Shown: positions 6,601 through 14,059 of the stretch, piece after piece | Position numbering within the stretch: position 1 is the stretch's first letter | How the letters are laid out: every line of letters begins with the position of its first letter | Virus record (IMG/VR): IMGVR_UViG_3300027816_000062 | Direction: 5' to 3' (one strand) | From: an uncultured virus (IMG/VR IMGVR_UViG_3300027816_000062) | Lineage: Duplodnaviria; Heunggongvirae; Uroviricota; Caudoviricetes | DNA length: 20,000 nucleotides | Program-made: the position numbers and the translations under genes | The notes under the pieces: model-generated | Told to the model about the DNA's origin: nothing | The model's input: only the letters and a program-made list of their open reading frames with translations | The model's database searches: none

Positions 6601-9600
6601 ATGAAAAAAGGCAGGCCGTCAAAGCCCGAATATTTAAAGCAAGATAAAAAAACATCTCTAATGCAGCAACTAGCGGCGCTAGAAGATAGTTTTAAAAATC
6701 AAGGATATGAGGGCGAATATGATGATGAAATTATGCCCAGTGTTCGGGCCGAAGTGATGCCTCCGCCAACGCCAGAAAAAACTAATTATAATCCTGATCA
6801 AATCGTAGATATTGTTACATTTATGGAGCATCCTTATTTTTGTAACCTTAAGCCATATCCGTGGCAAAGGCTTATATTAAAGTGTTTTTATATGGGCCAA
6901 GAAGGCAATACAAATTTAGAAATTCAGGATGTTGACCAAGATGTTCGGGAATCTGGAACTTGTGATGGATGTGTTTGGAAATATGTCCGTAACGATGAAG
7001 AAAAAGTTTACAAAGGCAGAAAAGATGGGAAGCAATTAAGAAATATATTTTCTGTTGTTAACTCTCCGTGTTTAACATGTGAACGATTTGATGACACCTT
7101 GCGAGAAGATAGGTACGTTGCAGCAAGGCACGAGGCAACAAACCCAGACGATTCCAGAAAGATTGACAATCTTATTAAGAGGCCCATATCTGATAATTAT
7201 GAGACAGAATATGATCTTTTGCATGCATCTGAATTTGACCCATTGCTAAGAAAGCAAGTTTTAGACAAATGCACAAATCGTTATAAGTTTCAAGAATTGA
7301 TTCTTGTTTTAGGCAGAAGATCGGGCAAGGCCTTGGCCTTAGATACTCCTGTGCTCACTACTAAAGGATGGAAGACTATGGGCACATTGCAAGTCGGCGA
7401 TTACGTGTTTGGCGACGATGGATTTCCCACACGCATCATTGCGGCCACAGAACCTATGGAAGGGCGAATATGCTACAGGATGAGATTCTCCAATGGAGAC
7501 ACAATCGTGGCCGATGAACAACATCAGTGGCGTGTCGTAAGCAAGCGCGAGCGCAAAAATCAGCCACGCGCTCGGATTCCTCGCGAGCTGCGCCAAGAAA
7601 TCAAAACAACCAAAGAAATAGCTCAAACGCTTTTACATGGACGTTCCCGCACAATAGTGGATTGCAAAACGGGGAAATCTCGCATTATGGGCGCAGAGAG
7701 GAATTGGTCCGTGGAATTAGCTTCACCTTTGCAAATGCCAGAGGCCGATCTACCTATTGCTCCCTACCTAATGGGAGCTTGGTTAGGAGACGGCTGTTCA
7801 ACACACGGTCATATAACTAGCAACACAATCGAAGTAATAGATCGCATTCGTGAAACAACTTCCTATAATCCATGGAAGCAAGCTTGCAATCCGTTTGGTT
7901 ACTGCATCGGTAAGGACGCAAACGAAGTTTCTTTCAAGGAAAGGCTTCGAGATTTGGGGCTGCTTGGCAAGGGTCGAAAACACATACCTACCGCATATCT
8001 TCTTGCTTCAGAACATCAGCGATTAGAGTTGTTGCGCGGATTGGTGGATACAGATGGTCACGTTTGCGCAAGATCGGGCCGTATCGAGATAACAACTGTT
8101 TATGACGATCTTGCACGAGGCATTCACTCGCTTGTGTGCTCACTTGGGCAGAAAGCCACCATTTTAACGGGTGATGCTACGCTTAATGGCAAGTTTGTTT
8201 CCAAAAAATACCGCATCTGTTTTACGCCTAGAAATGGATTATTGCCAGCCACACTGTCATACAAGCGGGATCGCGTTAGTCATGCTAAAAAGTCTGATGT
8301 CGGTCGTATATTCATTGAAAAGGTTGAAAAATTGGCGGAATCAGTGCCTGTCCGCTGCATTCAAGTAGATAATGCAAGTAATATGTTCCTGGCTGGCAAA
8401 AGTCTAGTGCCGACGCACAACAGCTTTCTTGTCTCTGTGATGGCTCTTTACGAGTTGTACCGACTGCTTGCAATGGGTCACCCCCAGGCTCGATACGGCT
8501 TGATGGAGTTTGATGAAATAGTCTTGCTTAATGTGGCCCGAAACGAAGAGCAGGCCAAAAAAGCCATCTTTTCCAAAATCAAACAAACGGTTCTGGCTTC
8601 GCCATTTTTCCAGCCCTATGTTGGAAAAGACACAGAGCTGGAAATGCGATTCTTTACCGATCATGACAAAAAAGAAAATGAACGTCGGGCCGAAAATGGA
8701 ATTAATTTATTTTCTGGTTCATTAGTACTTAGATGTGGCTCTTCTAATGCCTCTGGATTGGTGGGATTAACTTGTTGGTCAATCATCATGGACGAGGTTG
8801 CAGCCATGGCAGGAGATAATCCTGATTCTGGCCTAGACTATGCACTATATGATGATTTAAAGCCCTCGGGCGCTACCTTTGGTAAAGATTTCAAAATGAT
8901 GATGCTATCCAACCCAAAGGGTCCGATAGGGTTGCTTTACGATCTGCATGAAAATCGCCAAGATGATCCGACAACACTTGTAATGCGGCTTGCAACCTGG
9001 TTGACAAACCCCAGCATCGACCAAGAGTGGCTTGAAGAACAAAAGCGCAAAGACCCCACTGAGTTCCAGATGCAATTTGGTGCAGAATTTGGGGCTGCAT
9101 CAAGTGATCCGATGTTCACAGTGGATCAAGTGAATGGCATGTGGGCTATGACCTCAACAACGCCACGGGCCGAACATGGCCAGCCGCTTATTGAATATTA
9201 CGCTCACCTTGATCCAGCGAGAACAAGCGACTATTATGCATTAGTGGTCTCTCACGCTGAACAAATTTATCCAATTCAAATCGGGCCAGATAATAAGCCA
9301 TTAAAGCGAGTTGTTATTGATCATATACATTTTTGGAATCCCCGCACAAAGAATCAGCCTGTCTCTGAAAAAGAAGTGGAAGATTATTTGATAGAATTGC
9401 ATCAAAAATTTAAGTTTAAGCAAGTAAGTTTTGACCAATGGCATAGTCAATCATCAATCATTAGACTAAAGAGCATGGGCATTAATGCCGTTGAAAGACA
9501 ATTTAATCAAGAATACAAAGGAAAAATTTATTCTGAATTAATGCAATTAATCAGAGAACAAAGAATAGATATTTATGGAATTTCTGGTGGCACCTATCAA

Positions 9601-9825
9601 GATGCCAAGGGCGTGGTTCAAGACCTTAACGAAATTGCTGAGGCTAAAATTCAATTTACATTTTTGCAAAAAGTTTGGAAAGGCAAAAGATTTGAGATCA
9701 AAGCACTGTCTGGATACAAAGACGACATATGTGATGCTGTTGCGGCAGCGGCATATGAATGTTTGACGGCAAGGGTGCTAAGCAGTTTTCCAAAATCGAG
9801 AGTGGCCAGAACTGGCGCTAGATAA
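6601..9825 (+). CDS. terL: Phage terminase large subunit containing an intein (1074-aa precursor, about 710 aa after splicing)
   Basis: YPWQ adenine-binding motif; Walker A LVLGRRSGK/S split by the intein; NVARNEEQA; Walker B SIIMDE; coupling motif SNP; EFGA; RNase H-like nuclease motifs HLDPA..SD, VSFDQW and KDDICDA. Confidence 0.93.
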   Translation: MKKGRPSKPEYLKQDKKTSLMQQLAALEDSFKNQGYEGEYDDEIMPSVRAEVMPPPTPEKTNYNPDQIVDIVTFMEHPYFCNLKPYPWQRLILKCFYMGQEGNTNLEIQDVDQDVRESGTCDGCVWKYVRNDEEKVYKGRKDGKQLRNIFSVVNSPCLTCERFDDTLREDRYVAARHEATNPDDSRKIDNLIKRPISDNYETEYDLLHASEFDPLLRKQVLDKCTNRYKFQELILVLGRRSGKALALDTPVLTTKGWKTMGTLQVGDYVFGDDGFPTRIIAATEPMEGRICYRMRFSNGDTIVADEQHQWRVVSKRERKNQPRARIPRELRQEIKTTKEIAQTLLHGRSRTIVDCKTGKSRIMGAERNWSVELASPLQMPEADLPIAPYLMGAWLGDGCSTHGHITSNTIEVIDRIRETTSYNPWKQACNPFGYCIGKDANEVSFKERLRDLGLLGKGRKHIPTAYLLASEHQRLELLRGLVDTDGHVCARSGRIEITTVYDDLARGIHSLVCSLGQKATILTGDATLNGKFVSKKYRICFTPRNGLLPATLSYKRDRVSHAKKSDVGRIFIEKVEKLAESVPVRCIQVDNASNMFLAGKSLVPTHNSFLVSVMALYELYRLLAMGHPQARYGLMEFDEIVLLNVARNEEQAKKAIFSKIKQTVLASPFFQPYVGKDTELEMRFFTDHDKKENERRAENGINLFSGSLVLRCGSSNASGLVGLTCWSIIMDEVAAMAGDNPDSGLDYALYDDLKPSGATFGKDFKMMMLSNPKGPIGLLYDLHENRQDDPTTLVMRLATWLTNPSIDQEWLEEQKRKDPTEFQMQFGAEFGAASSDPMFTVDQVNGMWAMTSTTPRAEHGQPLIEYYAHLDPARTSDYYALVVSHAEQIYPIQIGPDNKPLKRVVIDHIHFWNPRTKNQPVSEKEVEDYLIELHQKFKFKQVSFDQWHSQSSIIRLKSMGINAVERQFNQEYKGKIYSELMQLIREQRIDIYGISGGTYQDAKGVVQDLNEIAEAKIQFTFLQKVWKGKRFEIKALSGYKDDICDAVAAAAYECLTARVLSSFPKSRVARTGAR
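7330..8421 (+). mobile_element. Class 3 intein (364 aa) with a LAGLIDADG/DOD homing endonuclease
   Basis: Block A ALALDTPVLTTKGW begins with Ala. Block B IVADEQHQW has the Trp, block F VRCIQVD..NMFLAG has the Cys, and block G VPTHN has the Thr, followed by extein Ser. Endonuclease motifs: LMGAWLGDG and LLRGLVDTDG. Confidence 0.93.
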
Positions 9826-9845
9826 TTTGTGTAATTTTGTTGTCA

Positions 9846-9876
9846 AGGATATTTTAGCGATCAGGTAGAATATCCT
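9846..9876 (+). promoter_or_regulatory. Sigma-H-type promoter overlapping an inverted repeat
   Basis: AGGA(9846-49)TAT with an 18-nt spacer, then GAAT(9868-71) in the context GTAGAAT. Also an inverted repeat AGGATATTTTA/TAGAATATCCT (9846-56 / 9866-76). Confidence 0.65.
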
Positions 9877-9910
9877 AATTAAATTTGTTCTAAACAAAGG
9901 GAGATGCTTT

Positions 9911-11005
9911 ATGTCAACAAACAAGTCTAGTCAAGGCCCAATGGAACGCCAATCACAATATGGTGGGGTTGGCGGAGGGCAATCTCCTTTTGCGCCTGGG
10001 GGCTCGCCGATGGGCAGAGGCTACGGGTCTGGTGGTGGCTTAGATATAAATAAATACGTGGTGGACGAAAGTTTCGACGCGGTTCTTGAGCAAGTACACA
10101 ATCCTGCGCCGATTGACCCCGAAAGAAATATTGAAAAAAGACTTGAAGAACAACATGTTTTTGCCGAGGAAAATGCAATACCTTATGATCTTAGTTTTGA
10201 AGAGCGACAAAGATTAAAAATTAGGAATGAAATTAGAAGAAGAGAGCAATTTTACGAAGATGCGGCAAAAAGCATTGCCAAAAACTCCCCATCTTACATC
10301 CAAAATAATTTCCAGCCTAGTGAATCTCATATTACACCCTTTAATGTCCTGTTGCAATCGAGACGAAAAAACAATGACGAATCATACGTAAGAGACCCAA
10401 GAGAGGATGATATCCCGCCCCAAATTAAACCAACAAGATATCATCCTGTTTTGTCCAGTAATGGCCATGATCGATTGGCTTATTTAATAAGCAGGCCAAA
10501 TGAAATTAATGACGAAGATTCAGATGAAGTAAACTGGGCCAACAAAGCGCGTGTGACATTTCCGCTTGGACTTGGGAGCACCCCCGTTTTAAATTTAGGT
10601 TCAGAACTTGATGAATATTTAGATCAAGTTTCAAAACAAAATTGGGGCGGGCAAAAAAGCACGTCAAACGAGCCGTCTGTTGGATTTGACTTTCATGAGC
10701 CAGATGAATTCACATTATTGCACGAACCAGACACAAAAAACCTGCCATCAAGCATTGGTGAACTGGCTGAAGATGTAGTTAATGGCATGGGAAGACTTGA
10801 TAAAGAAAATGATTATGGAATTGTTGACAGCCCATTTGTTACACTTGAGGCAAAGTTAGAAGCCACAAATCGCGCCGAGCCAGAGAGAAGCCCCAGCGAC
10901 GTATTTCCAGGCAATAAGTGGCAACTACACAAAGATGAGCCCGCAGGCATATTGGATAGCTATCAGCAAAAATTTGAGGGCCAGGGCTCTCCTTGGAAAA
11001 TTTAA
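9911..11005 (+). CDS. Hypothetical acidic, Gly/Pro-rich, probably disordered phage protein (candidate head-internal protein)
   Basis: 364-aa ORF with SD AAGGGAG and a Gly-rich N-terminus; immediately downstream of terL. Confidence 0.75.
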   Translation: MSTNKSSQGPMERQSQYGGVGGGQSPFAPGGSPMGRGYGSGGGLDINKYVVDESFDAVLEQVHNPAPIDPERNIEKRLEEQHVFAEENAIPYDLSFEERQRLKIRNEIRRREQFYEDAAKSIAKNSPSYIQNNFQPSESHITPFNVLLQSRRKNNDESYVRDPREDDIPPQIKPTRYHPVLSSNGHDRLAYLISRPNEINDEDSDEVNWANKARVTFPLGLGSTPVLNLGSELDEYLDQVSKQNWGGQKSTSNEPSVGFDFHEPDEFTLLHEPDTKNLPSSIGELAEDVVNGMGRLDKENDYGIVDSPFVTLEAKLEATNRAEPERSPSDVFPGNKWQLHKDEPAGILDSYQQKFEGQGSPWKI

Positions 11006-11027
11006 AAACGCCTGTATAAACATAATC

Positions 11028-12140
11028 ATGTACGATTATCTAATCGTCGGTGCGGGATTGTATGGAGCTGTTTTTGCTCGTGAAGCGACTGATCGTGGAA
11101 AACGAGTTTTAGTAATAGACAAGCGTAAGCATATTGGTGGGAATTGTCACACTGAAATTATAGACAGCATTCCTGTGCATCAATATGGACCTCATTGTTT
11201 CCATACTTCCCAGGATTATATCTGGAATTATGTTCGAAAATTTGCCGATTTTAATCATTTTAGTCTTAGAACACGCGCAAATTTTAAGGGTAAATTATAT
11301 TCACTTCCAATAAATCTGTCTACGATGCATCAGGTTTGGCCCGAAGTTGTAACCCCGAGTCAGGCTGCCGCTAAATTGGCGGCGGAAACCGCGCCGTACA
11401 TCGGGATTAATCCATCAAATCTTGAAGAACATGCGTTAAGTCAGGTTGGGCCAACTTTATATGAAATGTTTATCAAGGGATACACTACTAAACAATGGGG
11501 CAGAGACCCAAGAGAGCTTCCCTCTTCGATTATAAAAAGACTTCCCGTCAGGCTGACAATGAATGATAGATACTTTCATGATTCTCATAGATATGAGGGA
11601 ATTCCAATTGGGGGTTACACGGCTATGATTTCAAATATGTTTAAAGGCATAGATGTTAGACTTGGGGTGGATTACCTAATTAACAGAGAGGAATTAAAAA
11701 AAGTAAGCAAAAAGATTGTTTACACTGGGGCCATAGACGCTATGTATGATTTTTGCTATGGAAAACTAGAGTATAGATCATTGCAATTTGAACATGAAAT
11801 GCTTGATGGGGATTTTCAAGGCAACGCTATTGTAAATTACACAGAAGATACTGTTCCCTATACCAGAATCGTTGAGCATAAGCACTTTGAGTTTTTAAAT
11901 CTTCCACACACTATAATTACTAAAGAATTTCCATCGGCACTAAATCAAAGTTTGGAACCTTTTTATCCAGTAAATGACAGCGCAAATAACGCACTGTTTG
12001 ACAAATATCGTGAGCGTGCTGAGTTCGAAAAAAATCTCATACTTGGGGGGCGATTGGCAAATTATAGATATTATGATATGGATGCCACTGTCGCAAATGC
12101 TCTTTCTGCAATCAGAAAAGAATTTTGTTGCGCAGGATGA
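11028..12140 (+). CDS. glf: UDP-galactopyranose mutase
   Basis: MYDYLIVGAGLYG (FAD-binding); IGGNC; YGPHCFHT; KGYTTKQWG; YEGIPIGGYT; LEYRSL; PYTRIVEHKHF; EPFYP; GGRLANYRYYDMD. The true start is ATG 11028 (370 aa), not 10935. Confidence 0.96.
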   Translation: MYDYLIVGAGLYGAVFAREATDRGKRVLVIDKRKHIGGNCHTEIIDSIPVHQYGPHCFHTSQDYIWNYVRKFADFNHFSLRTRANFKGKLYSLPINLSTMHQVWPEVVTPSQAAAKLAAETAPYIGINPSNLEEHALSQVGPTLYEMFIKGYTTKQWGRDPRELPSSIIKRLPVRLTMNDRYFHDSHRYEGIPIGGYTAMISNMFKGIDVRLGVDYLINREELKKVSKKIVYTGAIDAMYDFCYGKLEYRSLQFEHEMLDGDFQGNAIVNYTEDTVPYTRIVEHKHFEFLNLPHTIITKEFPSALNQSLEPFYPVNDSANNALFDKYRERAEFEKNLILGGRLANYRYYDMDATVANALSAIRKEFCCAG

Positions 12141-12159
12141 CCAGCCACAATTATAGGAT
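12132..12159 (+). promoter_or_regulatory. Possible sigma-H-type promoter with one mismatch; would give a near-leaderless mRNA
   Basis: GCAGGAT with an 18-nt spacer from AGGA, then GGAT(12156-59). The ATG is at 12169. Confidence 0.4.
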
Positions 12160-12168
12160 TATAATTAT

Positions 12169-12630
12169 ATGAACAAAGTTGCAGCAATTCAATCATTGAT
12201 CGAAATGGCAAATCACCTAGATGATACTGGAATGATTCTGGAAGCGAATAATTTAACAGATATAGCCAAACGTATTGCGCAATATGTTCCAAAGACATGG
12301 GACATCGACCCGAACCGTCACTATGAAAATTTTGTTGTTCCTTTTAAGTCACTGGAAGATGAGTTTAAGGAAAACGATGACTTAAGACAAAAGCAGCCCA
12401 GATATCGAGCCCCTGATTACAGAAACCTGGTTGGTGATGAGGATGAAAACATAGAGGGATTATTACATGGTCCCGATTCGGTTCCTGGCCCTGCATATGT
12501 TGATCCAGGTAGTATAGCATCTAATCCTGGTATGGCAATGGGTGACCTAAGCGATTTCACATGGGAAAACTCTTATGAAGCCAATAATGATTCTACCAAT
12601 AGATGGAAAAATCTTATTCCCAATCGATAG
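12169..12630 (+). CDS. Hypothetical acidic phage protein with the shared helical motif at its N-terminus
   Basis: 153-aa ORF containing SLIEMANHLDDTGMILEANNL. Confidence 0.75.
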   Translation: MNKVAAIQSLIEMANHLDDTGMILEANNLTDIAKRIAQYVPKTWDIDPNRHYENFVVPFKSLEDEFKENDDLRQKQPRYRAPDYRNLVGDEDENIEGLLHGPDSVPGPAYVDPGSIASNPGMAMGDLSDFTWENSYEANNDSTNRWKNLIPNR

Positions 12631-12660
12631 TGTTTTTCAAAAAACGCTAGTTGAGCTGAT

Positions 12661-12686
12661 AGGACAAAACTATTTTTGTGCAGAAA
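12661..12686 (+). promoter_or_regulatory. Sigma-H-type promoter
   Basis: AGGA(12661-64)-N18-GAAA(12683-86), intergenic, upstream of SD GGAG and ATG 12718. Confidence 0.55.
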
Positions 12687-12717
12687 GTTAACTATTAGTT
12701 AGTTTTCGGAGAAAAGC

Positions 12718-13242
12718 ATGCCCTATCCCATTAAACCCGTTCATAAACTTGATCTTCATGAAGAAATTTTTGATTCTCCCAGCATTGAGGCAGATTTAGC
12801 ATCGATATCTGCATTGCAAATGCAGTTTTTTGGTAATTCTGGGGTCCGAGAAGCCAAAGTAAAGTTATCTGACAGAATGATTGAAATGCTAAGGGCTATT
12901 GAACAATCTCAGGATGAAATTGTTACCGCAGCCCAATCATTAACAACTTTGAATAAAACTGGTGATGCAATTTACAGAGTCCCAATGTCAATCACTGATC
13001 ATGATTTACTTGGGCTGAAAACAGCTGAACTGGTGCGGGGCCATGGCCGTGCCGTGACTCTTACAGAAAAGGGGCGCATTGCCTTGCGCGATCATTATCT
13101 AAATCAGCCTGTTAATGAATTTAGAAAGGCTAGAACCAAGCCTAAATTTGATCTAAATGCTGCTCAAGCTATAACGGCGTCAAACGAAAGTGCCCGAGTT
13201 GCTACTGCTTCTAAGTTTAGACGCAGCAATGATGTAGAATAA
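12718..13242 (+). CDS. Hypothetical protein with a possible winged-helix domain
   Basis: LSDRMIEML...LLGLKTAELVRGHGRAVTLTEKGRIAL resembles the wHTH wing signature L...GLV...LTxKG. Confidence 0.6.
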   Translation: MPYPIKPVHKLDLHEEIFDSPSIEADLASISALQMQFFGNSGVREAKVKLSDRMIEMLRAIEQSQDEIVTAAQSLTTLNKTGDAIYRVPMSITDHDLLGLKTAELVRGHGRAVTLTEKGRIALRDHYLNQPVNEFRKARTKPKFDLNAAQAITASNESARVATASKFRRSNDVE

Positions 13243-13248
13243 ATAATT

Positions 13249-14037
13249 ATGGAACGCTTTAGTATCGCAAAAAACGCCGAGGCTTTGGCTGATAAGATGC
13301 ACGAACTTGCTGTATGGAGCAAGACGCATCCCAATTCGTCAAAGTTTAAACGCGGTATATTCAAGCTGCCGCCAGTATTTTCAAGCGACAAACATGGTGA
13401 TCCGAGAAAAAATTTAATTGCCATGATAAAGACGCTAGCAGATTACGAAGAGTCAGATGCTGCGCCAAAGCTTGCTGAGCTTCCGTCTAGATATAATCAG
13501 TATGGCGGCGGACCAGAATTAAACGAAAAAGATTTGCGCAAAATTCACAACTGGCTTCAGCAAGTTGGTTTTGGTATTAGGGCAGCAATGTTGATTAATG
13601 AGATGGAAAATCCAACAGAAAGTATGTCTCACTTAGATGTACCAGAAAGAGTTTTTCATATGTTATTTGCGAATCACCCAAGGCGAACATTTGTTACATA
13701 TGCTTCGGACAACAAATATGAGCTTAGGCCATTAAGATATGCAGACTCTAAAGCAAAATTAAGATGGCTGAAAGAAGAATTTGCTCAACTAAATAATAAA
13801 AGAGTAATTACTGCAGGCGGATTTGGAGTTAGGCCAACTCAGCAAGAATGGGATACATTTGGGCTGAGGGGACAGACAAAAACTGCTTTAGCATCAGTTA
13901 ATTCGCAAATAGATAATTTAGTAGGCCAGGCTAAAGCATTAGATTTTGAAGGAAAATTTACAGAAGCTGATATTTTAGATTTTAAATTAAATCAGTTGAG
14001 TAAAAATTTAGAAGGCTTTGATCAAGTCCAAATTTAA
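13249..14037 (+). CDS. Hypothetical phage protein with the shared helical motif at its C-terminus
   Basis: 262-aa ORF with NLVGQAKALDFEGKFTEADILD near the C-terminus. Confidence 0.75.
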   Translation: MERFSIAKNAEALADKMHELAVWSKTHPNSSKFKRGIFKLPPVFSSDKHGDPRKNLIAMIKTLADYEESDAAPKLAELPSRYNQYGGGPELNEKDLRKIHNWLQQVGFGIRAAMLINEMENPTESMSHLDVPERVFHMLFANHPRRTFVTYASDNKYELRPLRYADSKAKLRWLKEEFAQLNNKRVITAGGFGVRPTQQEWDTFGLRGQTKTALASVNSQIDNLVGQAKALDFEGKFTEADILDFKLNQLSKNLEGFDQVQI

Positions 14038-14059
14038 CATTCAAAAAGGAAAACAATCC

